Positions 46,570-58,358 of a stretch of 64,000 bases of DNA are shown piece by piece (within the stretch, counting starts at the first letter, position 1; each line of letters starts with the position of its first letter). Below the pieces are notes generated by a model that had not been told where the DNA came from, ran no database searches, and saw nothing but the letters and a program-made list of their open reading frames with translations. The DNA comes from Oligoflexales bacterium (GTDB taxonomy: Bacteria > Bdellovibrionota_B > Oligoflexia > Oligoflexales > Bog-1112). A program made the translations under genes and the position numbers. The DNA is taken from contig JBGCDR010000181.1 of assembly GCA_045105515.1 (NCBI GenBank), forward strand, positions 4,460-68,459, given 5' to 3'.

Positions 46570-47535
46570 ATGCCTTCAATATGTAATAGAATTGTATTAG
46601 ATCGAAGAAAATTTGTATCCTTAGGATCAATGCTAAGTATTTCAAATTATGTTGCGATTATTGACAAGCTATTTGCAGACAATCATTGCACTAAAATTGA
46701 CATAAAAAATGATCTATCACCAATTGGTATATTTGATGAATCAATTTTTTATTGGATCGATGGAATGCGACCTGGCTCCAGTTCGAATATTGCCTTTTAT
46801 ATCCATCTAAAGCAAACAAATGAGGAATACGTTGAGAGGGTAGTATTGACCAGTGCGGAAAAAAAAACCCTCGGAGCAAGATACTATGACCCAAAAGCTG
46901 CAAACTCAAAAGGCTTTGCTCCCTATATGATCTTCAATCAAATTGATCTGAAGTTTAGTAAAAAAATATTCTTGGTGGTACAAGTAAAAACCGGCAACAG
47001 TATAAAAATTTACCGCTATACTCTCGATACTACAAAACTATCGCAAAGTAAGCTTCACATGGAGAAGCTTCCCCTCGAACTAATGAGCGACTTTAAGGAT
47101 AAACATGCGGGGCAGTGTTACTCCAGCTATCACTTTCAAGTCAAAGCTGTGCGAGAACAAATTTGCAATAATCTAGGATTAACAATGCCATGTTTTAATT
47201 CTCTTTTTCCTACACCAAAAATAAAATCTATTTCAGAAAACTCGCAATTTAGCTTGGATGTATTAAATCGCTACCCAGATATTAGTTCAGAGAACTACAT
47301 GCGCTACTTTTTTCTAACTGACCCTGTTGGTCGGCACTTGGCAATCCATAAGAGAAATTATCAGGACAATTATTCCGAACTTATCCCTCTATTTACCTTG
47401 TCGAGTGACTTCTGGAAATCAAGATGGGGTGTCGTAGCCGAAATGGTGCCCAGAATTAATGACTGCCCATACCTTTTATTATTTTCAGAAAACCCTAAGT
47501 ATGGGATTTTTTACAGCCATATTTGGCTTCGTTAA
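46570..47535 (+). CDS. Hypothetical protein with Tat-like N-terminal motif
   Basis: The N-terminus is 'MPSICNRIVLDRRKFVSLGSMLSISNYVAIIDKLFA' (RRxF followed by a hydrophobic stretch). The alternative GTG start at 46558 overlaps the upstream stop. Confidence 0.5.
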   Translation: MPSICNRIVLDRRKFVSLGSMLSISNYVAIIDKLFADNHCTKIDIKNDLSPIGIFDESIFYWIDGMRPGSSSNIAFYIHLKQTNEEYVERVVLTSAEKKTLGARYYDPKAANSKGFAPYMIFNQIDLKFSKKIFLVVQVKTGNSIKIYRYTLDTTKLSQSKLHMEKLPLELMSDFKDKHAGQCYSSYHFQVKAVREQICNNLGLTMPCFNSLFPTPKIKSISENSQFSLDVLNRYPDISSENYMRYFFLTDPVGRHLAIHKRNYQDNYSELIPLFTLSSDFWKSRWGVVAEMVPRINDCPYLLLFSENPKYGIFYSHIWLR

Positions 47536-47815
47536 GATATAAACAGAACCTCACCTGTAAAAATCAACCAAGAACTTTCATTAATCTAACAAAGTACTAA
47601 AATTAATAGTATATTTTCAAGAATTTCTAACAATAACCCCTCTATTTTGATCATAAAATATAGTGATTAGTCATTTAATATTGGTCTAATAAAGTTTTTT
47701 TTGGATCTTTTTCGCGCACATTCCGAAACATATAGTATCAAACGGAAATACATCATATTACTAAGAACTCTCATCTTCTCTTTGCTTGAAGATGGGTATT
47801 TAGAAGGTCAAAGAA

Positions 47816-48301
47816 ATGGAAACCAACACTAACCCAATAGCAGTTAGTAACATCAAAATCTTCGAAAATGGTCTTAAAAAGCTAGTAGACGACTTCTTTT
47901 CAGATGCCAACCAATCGAAAGAAAAATTGCATACGATGGTCAATCAAATTAAACAGCTGAATACAGATAATATGTATAAGGATTGCTTTCCTAAAATTTG
48001 TAAAAATTGCAGAGAAACTTACAAATGTAAGAATGATTATAGTGAAAAGACGGTACCACTCCTCCATGAAAATGATGAAATAGGTATGTACGATCAGAAA
48101 TGTGGATTTATTGAGTATGCGAACTGTAACTGTGGTACTACCTTAGTTCTAGTACTACGAAAAATAAGAAATGACTCTAAATTCGGCAGCGAAAAGCGTA
48201 GGATTTTCAATAATTGGCTAGAAAGATTAGGCGACCAGTTCCCGCAAGTAAGGAAAAAAGATTTGAGTGAAATCCTCCGCTTCCTTTACCGGCATGTTTA
48301 A
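47816..48301 (+). CDS. Hypothetical Cys-rich protein
   Basis: 161 aa with a GAAGG RBS. The Cys clusters are 'CFPKICKNCRETYKC' and 'CGFIEYANCNCG'. Confidence 0.5.
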   Translation: METNTNPIAVSNIKIFENGLKKLVDDFFSDANQSKEKLHTMVNQIKQLNTDNMYKDCFPKICKNCRETYKCKNDYSEKTVPLLHENDEIGMYDQKCGFIEYANCNCGTTLVLVLRKIRNDSKFGSEKRRIFNNWLERLGDQFPQVRKKDLSEILRFLYRHV

Positions 48302-48434
48302 TTTATTATTCTTTTTCGAATCCCTCCCTCCTCTTTTAATTAAATAGAGCATCATATACGTCTAATGCAGGAAGAAGTTTCTTATGCTACGATGGGAAAA
48401 TCTGCAGGTATTTTCCACTGAAGGAGCCAACCTT

Positions 48435-49421
48435 ATGAGTACTCGGCATTTTACGCCTTATCAAAAGATTGCTGCACTATTGCTCTCATTTGGTAAAGAC
48501 ATTGCTGCACAAGTTCTCAAGCAAATGAGCAAGGAAGAGGTAAAGAAAGTAACTAGAGCTTTGCAAGATTTAGGGCAGATCGAAAAAATTCAGATCGACG
48601 AGCTAAGCAATGAATTTTATCAAGTATTGCAAAGTGAAGATATCCACTTAAAAGGAGGAAAAAGAAAGACTATAGAGCTATTAAAACATAGCTTCAAAGG
48701 TGAAAAAGGAGAATCTCTTGCCCATGAGATAGAAAACTCTAACCCTCAACTTGAAGCAGTAAACCTTGCAACTGCCAAGGTGTTAAGTACTCTAATCAGC
48801 AACGAACACCCGCAAACAATTGCTATTGTAATTGCATTTTGTGATCCAATAAAAGCTGGGCAAGTACTTAAGTTGCTACCAGAGTCCCTTCATAGTGAAG
48901 TTTTCATGAGGATAGCAAACCTCGACACAGTTTCTGCTGAAATAGTAGAAGAACTTGATGAAACTTTAAAAAAGCAGATTGAAGAACGCAGCCCTGGCAA
49001 TCAAAGAAAAGTGGGAGGAATCGAACAAATTGTAGGGATGCTCAACAAACAAGATTCCAAGCAAAGAGAAATATTTCTAATCGGTCTAGAAGAACGAGAT
49101 CCTCAGCTTGTACAAGCAGTAAGAGAGCGATTATTTACCTTCAGTCATCTACTTAAGCTATCAGATAAGGATCTACAAAGCGTTTTAAGCCACATCAATC
49201 GAGAGCGGTTAAAAGTTGCACTGGCTGGCGAAAGCAGGAAACTAGTCGAAAAGTTTATGCTAAACATGTCTAAAAGATCTGCAGAAAGCTTGCATGAAGA
49301 CCTAGAAAACCGGAAAAAATTAAGAAAATCTGAGGTGGCTCAAGCACAACAAGAAATTTTAACAAAAATTAAATTATTGGCTGATCAAGGAGTCATCTCA
49401 CTTTTTGATGAAACCGTCTGA
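48435..49421 (+). CDS. fliG: Flagellar motor switch protein FliG
   Basis: 'EHPQTIAIVIAFCDP', 'RLFTFSHLLKLSDKDLQSVLSHI', 'MSKRSAESLHEDLE', 'EVAQAQQEILTKIKLLADQGVI'. I set the start at ATG 48435 (AAGGAG 8 nt upstream). Confidence 0.85.
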   Translation: MSTRHFTPYQKIAALLLSFGKDIAAQVLKQMSKEEVKKVTRALQDLGQIEKIQIDELSNEFYQVLQSEDIHLKGGKRKTIELLKHSFKGEKGESLAHEIENSNPQLEAVNLATAKVLSTLISNEHPQTIAIVIAFCDPIKAGQVLKLLPESLHSEVFMRIANLDTVSAEIVEELDETLKKQIEERSPGNQRKVGGIEQIVGMLNKQDSKQREIFLIGLEERDPQLVQAVRERLFTFSHLLKLSDKDLQSVLSHINRERLKVALAGESRKLVEKFMLNMSKRSAESLHEDLENRKKLRKSEVAQAQQEILTKIKLLADQGVISLFDETV

Positions 49422-49489
49422 AAGGTTTATATTTGGATTCCACAAAACTAAATAGCTTTGGCAATTAAAACCTATCTCAGAAAAAATAC

Positions 49490-49786
49490 TTAGTTTTCTT
49501 CTGAACCAGCATCAGCTGAAGTTTGAATTTCCTTTCCGGATTCACTAGGCAAAGAACCTCCTTTGCTCTCTTTATCCCAATCTCTTTTTGCTTGAGTATA
49601 AGAATCCCCTAACCACTTACTTACATGATCTAAGGTAGTATGCATCCGACCTGGCTCACATTTCACCGAGAGGGTTCTGCAATTCTCGAGATAGTTCTTC
49701 TCGCCCCTAAGCGACAAAGCCACCAAAACAACCAAGGCAATACTTACTACCAATATAAACCAAAAAAAACTCTTAATCTTACCCAT
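49490..49786 (-). CDS. Small membrane-anchored hypothetical protein
   Basis: 98 aa with a GAGGGA RBS. The N-terminal transmembrane segment is 'FFWFILVVSIALVVLVALSL'. Confidence 0.5.
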   Translation of the reverse strand: MGKIKSFFWFILVVSIALVVLVALSLRGEKNYLENCRTLSVKCEPGRMHTTLDHVSKWLGDSYTQAKRDWDKESKGGSLPSESGKEIQTSADAGSEEN

Positions 49787-49873
49787 TATCTCTCCCTCAA
49801 GTAAGGGGCAATCATTGCATGAGCATTACTGTCCAAGCTATTAAATCAGTTTTTAAGGATACAAGCAAAGGCC

Positions 49874-51899
<2,026 letters not shown>

Positions 51900-52004
51900 A
51901 TCCTCCAGATTAATAATGAATTGCTACCCACAATCAGGGGAGTTCATGCTATTAAATTCTTGAAATAAGGGAAAGTTGGATGATGGCTACATCAGAATGA
52001 ATGT

Positions 52005-52040
52005 GAGCCCAAAGTCATCTCGACTTTAAGGAGAGATCTC
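52005..52040. repeat. Single copy of the intergenic repeat family
   Basis: gagcccaaagtcatctcgactttaaggagagatctc aligns with the reverse complement of 36368-36399 (agcccatcatctcgactcagtgaagggttctc) and with 617-656. Confidence 0.45.
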
Positions 52041-52047
52041 AAAGCAG

Positions 52048-53463
52048 CTAAATCAAAGAGCCGGTCAACGCAGTCTTATTTGCCCCATCCACTTTGACCA
52101 TGGCCAATTCACCCATTAAAGGTCTACGCGAGCGAACGCGAATCAATCGAAAATGAGTCGTCCTTCCATAGTAAATACCGGGCTCTTTTAAGCTTTCGTA
52201 GAGAAATAACACTTCTCTGTCTTTACCTATCTCTGACTCATTTTGAGAAATCGTAATCTCATTTTGCAATTTGTTGAGCCTGGCTAGACGCTCTGCCTTG
52301 ACTGTTTCAGGAACCTGATCTTTGAACCGAATTGCTGCAGTACCTTTACGAGGAGAATACATAAACGCATAAGAAAAGCAGAATTGCACTTTTTCAATCA
52401 GGTCTAAGGTAGCCTGGAAGTCTTCCTCTGTCTCTGAAGGAAATCCAACAATTAAATCTGTTGAAATTGCCATATCGGGAACAGCTTCTCTTAACCAAAG
52501 AACCCTTTGCAAGTATTCTTCAACAGTAACTTTACGTTTCATAGCACCAAGGATTACGTCACTGCCACTTTGAACAGGAAGATGAAAGTAAGTTCCCAGT
52601 TTTCTTTCTTTAGCAAATAGATCAGCTAAAGGTTTTGTTAGGTCATGAGGATTAGAGGTCGTAAAGCGTAGCCGTTTGAGCTGAGAGATCGAAGCAACTT
52701 CTGCTAACAAGTCGACAAAAGGACCTGCAGATGATGGATCTATTTGACCATTTTTCTGTAAATCTTGGCCATAGCTATTAACGTTCTGGCCTAAAAGAGT
52801 TATTTCCGAAGCTCCGTGAAGAACATGAGCCTTAGCTTTCGCATAGATAACTTTAGGAGTTTCACTCACTTCCCTTCCGCGAGTAAAAGGCACCACACAG
52901 AAGGTACAAAAATTATCACAACCTTGTTGAATGTTTACAAAGCGTGAAACTTCATTTTTTCCGAAAAGGCTTGGTGTTATGTCTACACTCTGCTGACAAG
53001 AAAGATCACCAGTAGGTAAATCGTCATATTTAGGTTTGTTAAATCCAATTGACATGGCCTGAGAACCACTATCTTGGCGCTGCTTAAGTAAACGCGGAAG
53101 CTCGTCTATCTTCCCAGGTCCCATTAGGATATCGATCGTTGGAGCCTGCTTCAGCAACTTTTTACCTTCAGCTTGAGCCACGCATCCAGCAACAGCAATC
53201 TTCAATTCTTTATTTTCTTGTTTTAGCTCCTTCAGAACTCCCAGGCGACTTACAACTTTATGTCGCGCTTTTTCCCGAATATGACAAGTATTGAGAACAA
53301 TCAAGTCTGCATCCGAAGGGTCCTCGGTTAGGAGAAAGTCCTCCTTTTGCATAAGCGCCAGGATTTTTTCACTGTCAGCTACATTCATCTGACAGCCCCA
53401 CGTTTCAATATGTATGCGTTTAGCTTTTGCTTTTAAAACGGAATCATCCACTGAATGACTCAT
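52048..53463 (-). CDS. miaB: tRNA-i6A37 methylthiotransferase MiaB
   Basis: The N-terminal cluster is 'IETWGCQMNVADSE' and the radical-SAM motif is 'CDNFCTFCVVP'. The C-terminus is TRAM-like. Confidence 0.9.
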   Translation of the reverse strand: MSHSVDDSVLKAKAKRIHIETWGCQMNVADSEKILALMQKEDFLLTEDPSDADLIVLNTCHIREKARHKVVSRLGVLKELKQENKELKIAVAGCVAQAEGKKLLKQAPTIDILMGPGKIDELPRLLKQRQDSGSQAMSIGFNKPKYDDLPTGDLSCQQSVDITPSLFGKNEVSRFVNIQQGCDNFCTFCVVPFTRGREVSETPKVIYAKAKAHVLHGASEITLLGQNVNSYGQDLQKNGQIDPSSAGPFVDLLAEVASISQLKRLRFTTSNPHDLTKPLADLFAKERKLGTYFHLPVQSGSDVILGAMKRKVTVEEYLQRVLWLREAVPDMAISTDLIVGFPSETEEDFQATLDLIEKVQFCFSYAFMYSPRKGTAAIRFKDQVPETVKAERLARLNKLQNEITISQNESEIGKDREVLFLYESLKEPGIYYGRTTHFRLIRVRSRRPLMGELAMVKVDGANKTALTGSLI

Positions 53464-53488
53464 GGCATCTCTTTCTAATTGGAGGAAA

Positions 53489-55048
53489 TTATTTCTTACG
53501 ATTACGCTTACGACTATTTTTTGCCGCTCGCCTCGCCTTTTTGACTTTATCTTTGTCTACCCGTTTTAAGGCAGGAGAGCCTCCAGGCAAGTGAGCTCCA
53601 GCTCCTTCCATACCACCCATCATACTCGCAAGGCTACCCATATCAGGCATCCCTCCACCGGTAGCCATTTTTCGCATTTGGTTCATTTGAGATAGCTTAT
53701 TCATTCCAGGGATTTTCCCCATCAAGCCACCCATGTTTTTTCCTAGGTTGCCCATCATTGAGTGCATGGTCTTAAAGCGCTTAACTAGTTCGCTCACTTC
53801 CTTAGCACTACGACCGCTTCCCATTGCTATTCGCTTAGCACGGCTCTGGCTCTGATAAAGTAGGTTCGGATTGAGGCGCTCTTTTTCAGTCATAGAGTCA
53901 ATCATAGCTTTGATACGACCTAGCTCTTTTTCATCCACATTAACATCTTTAGGAATCATGTTTTGCATGGGGAGCTTTGCCATGATGTCTTTGAGAGGTC
54001 CCATTTTTTGAATCATGGAGATCTGCTCATAAAAGTCCCTGAAATTGAACTGGCCACTCAACATGCGCATAGCTTCTTCTTCGCTATCCCCGTCAGCAAC
54101 CCTTTCAAAGTCCTCCATCAAGCCAACAATATCACCCAAGCCAAGAATTCGGCTTGCTAACCCTTCAGGTCTGAATTCTTCAAGTCTCTCAAGGTCCTCT
54201 CCTATTCCAAGAAACTTAATAGGAGCACCAGTTACTTCTTTTATACTTAAGGCAGCACCACCCCTGGCATCGCCATCGAGCTTAGTCATCACGACACCAC
54301 TCAAGTCGAGCCGTTCGTGAAAAGCTTTAGCAGTTGTGACAGCATCTTGCCCCATCATTGCATCGCAAACGAGGAGGATATTGTCGGGGTGACATTCAGA
54401 TTTGATATCAGAAAGCTCATCCATCAACTTGTCATCAATGGTAAGTCGGCCTGCAGTATCGAAGAGTAATGTATCGCAGTCAAGCTCCATTGCTTTTTGC
54501 TTGGCTTTAACACAGATTTCTACTGGAGAGGTGTTTTCCAAATGAAATACTGGGACATCAATCCGTTCACCAAGAACTTTTAACTGGTTAACCGCTGCAG
54601 GTCGGTAAATATCAGCAGCTACCAGCAAAGGCTTCCTCTTATTGCGAATCAAATACTTTGCCAGCTTACCAGTAGTGGTGGTTTTTCCTGTTCCTTGCAA
54701 TCCAACCATCATAATGGAGGCTGGACGGTTATTCGGAAGACTCAAACTAGTATCAACAGGGCCCATCAAGCCCTCTAGCTCTTCCTTACAGATTTTTATG
54801 AAATGATCACCTGGGCTTACCTTTAACTTATCGCCACCTTTCCCTGCCTTTAGAGAAACAACTTCCCCTAAAGACTTCTCTTTAACACGAGAAAGGAAGA
54901 TTTTTGCAACTGAATACTCCACATCAGCTTCTAGAAGACTTCGGCGAATATCACCCATTGCCTCGTTGATATTGTCTTCCGATAACTTTGTTTTTCCTTG
55001 AAACTTTTCTGTAGCTTTTTTGAATCCATTACTGAGGACGTCAAGCAT
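53489..55048 (-). CDS. ffh: Signal recognition particle protein Ffh
   Basis: 'MMVGLQGTGKTTTTGKLA', 'DTAGR', 'TKLDGDARGGAALS', a Met-rich M domain, and a basic tail. Confidence 0.95.
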   Translation of the reverse strand: MLDVLSNGFKKATEKFQGKTKLSEDNINEAMGDIRRSLLEADVEYSVAKIFLSRVKEKSLGEVVSLKAGKGGDKLKVSPGDHFIKICKEELEGLMGPVDTSLSLPNNRPASIMMVGLQGTGKTTTTGKLAKYLIRNKRKPLLVAADIYRPAAVNQLKVLGERIDVPVFHLENTSPVEICVKAKQKAMELDCDTLLFDTAGRLTIDDKLMDELSDIKSECHPDNILLVCDAMMGQDAVTTAKAFHERLDLSGVVMTKLDGDARGGAALSIKEVTGAPIKFLGIGEDLERLEEFRPEGLASRILGLGDIVGLMEDFERVADGDSEEEAMRMLSGQFNFRDFYEQISMIQKMGPLKDIMAKLPMQNMIPKDVNVDEKELGRIKAMIDSMTEKERLNPNLLYQSQSRAKRIAMGSGRSAKEVSELVKRFKTMHSMMGNLGKNMGGLMGKIPGMNKLSQMNQMRKMATGGGMPDMGSLASMMGGMEGAGAHLPGGSPALKRVDKDKVKKARRAAKNSRKRNRKK

Positions 55049-55106
55049 AATTTAAAACTCCCACTTCGGGGCAAAAGATAAAGGCTCCCCATTTTAAACT
55101 AGTGCC

Positions 55107-55134
55107 TATATAACGAATCCGGTATGTCAGTCAA
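55107..55134 (-). promoter_or_regulatory. Sigma70-type promoter candidate for ffh
   Basis: The minus strand reads TTGACT-16 nt-TATATA, about 55 nt upstream of the ffh ATG. Confidence 0.35.
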
Positions 55135-55200
55135 TAAATGTATTGCAATCGTCTGCAAAAAGATATCAAGTCGCCGATTTTGTAAAATTTTACTCAGAAC

Positions 55201-56691
55201 TTACCAGGTCTTAATTTGGGGCCGAGGCCGCCTATTAGACCAAGCAAAAGCACCTTTGCTTTGATCTTTCAGCTTTAAAGGGGCCCATCTCTTAGAGCTT
55301 GGAGGAAGGTTTACAATAGTATAATTGTACGTTCCCATAGGAAGATGAAGGACTTTATATCGGCCATTATCAACAACAAAAGAGGTTTCCCCGATTATGC
55401 CTTCATAAAGATATGAGGTATGGGATAGGTTATCCATATCTCCCTCATCACGCAGATAACACCGAATTGGGCGGTTGCCACTGAGTAGCATCAGTGAAGC
55501 TAGACTTAAGCTAAGGTTGTCATCATGATAGAGTGGATTCCAACAACTAGTGCTAGCCCTTAAAGGCAACTCTAACAACTGTAACTTTTCCCGTTCTCCA
55601 AGCACGCTGAATGGGTTCATGCTTATTGCCGTCTTTAGAACCTGACTAGCCACATCCTGATCCGGCTGAATTTGAACCCATAGCTCTTTTGTTCGGTGAA
55701 GAGTTCGAGGAATATGAACCCTTAGCTGACCTAAGCGGTTTGATTTATCAAGAAGTTTCTGAAAAAAACTCAACTCCCGAGTTGCCTGCTCAATCCCAAT
55801 TTCTCCCCAACGAAAACTATCTGCTGATGAACTTTGGCATAAGCCTTTTTGCCAAATTTTGGACCTCATCACAAGCGGCAGCTCCTTAGCATGTGATAAG
55901 GAAAGCAAGGAGCAGAATTGCTCCATTTCATCAAACTGGGAACGGTTAAGCAATAACTGGGCAAGCTGTTTTGTTATGGTAAGTCTTCTCAGAAATAGAT
56001 AGGGCTGTCTCTTCCACTTTCGCAAAATATGTTTTTGCATCTTTTTCAAACGACTAATTGCAGAACCAGCATCTAGAGATGCCAGCTCACAAACAAACCC
56101 CTCACCGGCAAGTTCTCTAATCTTACAATCTGGAGCCATTTCTTCCAAAAGCTGTGTCAACACTTCTCGAAATCCAGTTATAAGTTTATGGTTCGGACTT
56201 TTTTGACACAAAAAAGTCCTCAAGGTTGAAACCTGCTCTTTATTAGCAGGAATCCAAAATTTATTTTCACCTTCATTAAAATCTACTTCAAACAGTGATT
56301 CCGAGCTTGTCTCCAAAGGCCCTAAAATCCTAACGTATTTGATCTCGTGCTTCGGTTTTAAAATTAATGGTAAAGTCAGTGAAATAGGGAGGGTTTGTAG
56401 GGAGCACCAAGTACGAGGCAAAGGGATTACACTGTAACCTCCATCCTGAGCAAAAGCAGGATGGACATTGATCTGTGCTTCCAACTGACTAAGCTTGGGA
56501 GAATCATTAACCTCAGCCTTAATCTCTATTTTCTGATTTTCTGATGTAGATGAAATTTTTTGGACCCTGAGCTTATTAGATAAAAGCACAGGCTCTCTCT
56601 GAGTAGCAGTACAAGCACCCAAGAAAGTGACGAATACCATCAGTAATTTAAAAAATTGCGATTTCCTGAACAGCAAGATCAACTTTTTCAT
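55201..56691 (-). CDS. Hypothetical lipoprotein
   Basis: 496 aa. The signal peptide plus lipobox is 'MKKLILLFRKSQFFKLLMVFVTFLGAC'. Its start overlaps the upstream ORF end by 44 nt. Confidence 0.55.
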   Translation of the reverse strand: MKKLILLFRKSQFFKLLMVFVTFLGACTATQREPVLLSNKLRVQKISSTSENQKIEIKAEVNDSPKLSQLEAQINVHPAFAQDGGYSVIPLPRTWCSLQTLPISLTLPLILKPKHEIKYVRILGPLETSSESLFEVDFNEGENKFWIPANKEQVSTLRTFLCQKSPNHKLITGFREVLTQLLEEMAPDCKIRELAGEGFVCELASLDAGSAISRLKKMQKHILRKWKRQPYLFLRRLTITKQLAQLLLNRSQFDEMEQFCSLLSLSHAKELPLVMRSKIWQKGLCQSSSADSFRWGEIGIEQATRELSFFQKLLDKSNRLGQLRVHIPRTLHRTKELWVQIQPDQDVASQVLKTAISMNPFSVLGEREKLQLLELPLRASTSCWNPLYHDDNLSLSLASLMLLSGNRPIRCYLRDEGDMDNLSHTSYLYEGIIGETSFVVDNGRYKVLHLPMGTYNYTIVNLPPSSKRWAPLKLKDQSKGAFAWSNRRPRPQIKTW

Positions 56692-57133
56692 AAAAACCGC
56701 CTATTGCAGGGCCAGCAGCTTCCACTGTCCATGACAAAGGCTTGCATAGTTTAAGAATATACCGGGACACTTCTTGCCCATCTTCTGTTTTCATAATAAG
56801 GCGGATATCGGTCAGACTCGCTCTGGTTTCTGAAGCTTTTTTTGCCCATAGATATAAAGAAGGATCTGTAACAAAGTCTCTCTTCAAACTCACGCGCGTG
56901 AAAGTTTCATCAGCACTTTGTCGCTGAGAAGTGAGGTCTCTAAGATCGTTGATATGGTCAAAGGTTCCATAGTCAAGACCATCAATCTCTATGTGAGTTT
57001 TAGTTTGAAGAGGCGTAAATTTTGCCGACACACCACTTGTGAGTGAAAAAGCCAAACCTAAAGTAAAGACTACAACCCCAAGCACTGCAAGAACCCAAGA
57101 AACGCTCCTTAAACTTTTGTTTTCTCTATGCAC
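56648..57133 (-). CDS. Membrane-anchored protein with phage-tail-tube-like (T4 gp19 / TIGR02241-type) domain
   Basis: 161 aa with a GTG start. The N-terminal transmembrane segment is 'SVSWVLAVLGVVVFTLGLAFSL'. After it come 'THIEIDGLDYGTF', 'FTRVSLKRDFVTDPSLYLWAKK', 'DIRLIMKTEDGQEVSRYILKLCKPLSWTVEAAG' and 'EKVDLAVQEIAI'. These follow the tail-tube family pattern (..idG...f.evsGL / nvtLkRG...d..l.dW / i.lld..g.ev.rw.l..awP.kw..p / iE.lel.he) as I remember it. Confidence 0.5.
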   Translation of the reverse strand: MHRENKSLRSVSWVLAVLGVVVFTLGLAFSLTSGVSAKFTPLQTKTHIEIDGLDYGTFDHINDLRDLTSQRQSADETFTRVSLKRDFVTDPSLYLWAKKASETRASLTDIRLIMKTEDGQEVSRYILKLCKPLSWTVEAAGPAIGGFYEKVDLAVQEIAIF

Positions 57134-57413
57134 TACCTGTTGCCTACTTTCTAATAAATATTGCCTTATTAACTAAAGAATACCACATACACTACAAGCA
57201 ATCCAACACCACACAGCAGAACGGAATCATCTATATGTATGGGACGCTCTTTTCCACATGGCCTACGCATCGGTAAAAGTAACACAAGCTTTACCGGGGA
57301 AAGGCCTCCCAGATTTCACATAGTATTATAATAAGCTAAAAAAATAAAAAGAATTCACCAGATTTCAGCCACTACCAAACTAAATTTTAGCAGACATTGG
57401 CTTTGGCTTTGCA

Positions 57414-58358
57414 CTAGGATTCTAAAGATTCTTTGATCAAATCTTTCAACTCTTGTCTATGTTGACTAGGAAATTCTCGATCAGCAAGAAGAGAGTCTGC
57501 CTGACGCCTAAAGGCTTCTTTTTGATCCATAGCTAAATGAGCTTGGGCAGCATGGGCCTTGAGCTTCCATGGGATATTGGAAAAAGATTTCTCTGCTTCC
57601 CAGACAATAGGAGGAATTCTGTCATAATCACCAGCTACCCCAAGGGCTCCTGTGTACTCTACCAAGAAAGTGGCCTCTCGTTCGCCTGATTGGTAAAAGG
57701 GTTCAAGATAGGAAGCCTTAGACTGCTGATTGCTCTGTTCATCTAAATCCGCGACAAGCGATTTTCCAGCCCATGAATGTAGGTCATCCGCTCGAGCCCA
57801 TAGCTCAGCAACATGATCTTGCTCTGCTTCTGATAAATAAGTATAGAAAAGCTCCCAGAGTGGGAAATGATTAGGACAAGCTTTTAAGCCTGCTTTGATC
57901 CACGCAACAGACTCCTCCCATCTCTTGTCGTGATGCATAATCTGAACTACGTTTACATAGGGAGCGGGCTCACTGGGATGCAACTTGTGAGCATCAAAAA
58001 AACAAAGCTCAGCACGGCTTAGCTCACCGCAGTACATGGCAGCCAATCCCTCGATATAAAGACCTCGAAAATCTCTTCGTGACCATTGTTGAAGGTTGAG
58101 GTCAACAAGCTTAAGTACAAGGATTGAAAGATCCATGCCCAGGAGTTCATCCATCAGATCAACCATACTTTTTTCATCTGTAACTTGATGGTCTTTCATG
58201 TAAGCCAACAAGTAATCAACGAAATCTGTTTTCAGTTCCGCGACCACAACATCAGTCTTAAACCCTGAATATTCTGACTTAGAAATTCCTAGCCACTGAC
58301 GCAGTTTTGGCCCCATCGGATAGTGATTCCAAGAGTTTTTTTCTGAGGGATTCATCAA
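57414..58358 (-). CDS. Hypothetical helical (TPR-like) protein, translationally coupled to aspS
   Basis: 314-aa ORF whose ATG overlaps the aspS stop (ATGA). Confidence 0.5.
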   Translation of the reverse strand: MMNPSEKNSWNHYPMGPKLRQWLGISKSEYSGFKTDVVVAELKTDFVDYLLAYMKDHQVTDEKSMVDLMDELLGMDLSILVLKLVDLNLQQWSRRDFRGLYIEGLAAMYCGELSRAELCFFDAHKLHPSEPAPYVNVVQIMHHDKRWEESVAWIKAGLKACPNHFPLWELFYTYLSEAEQDHVAELWARADDLHSWAGKSLVADLDEQSNQQSKASYLEPFYQSGEREATFLVEYTGALGVAGDYDRIPPIVWEAEKSFSNIPWKLKAHAAQAHLAMDQKEAFRRQADSLLADREFPSQHRQELKDLIKESLES

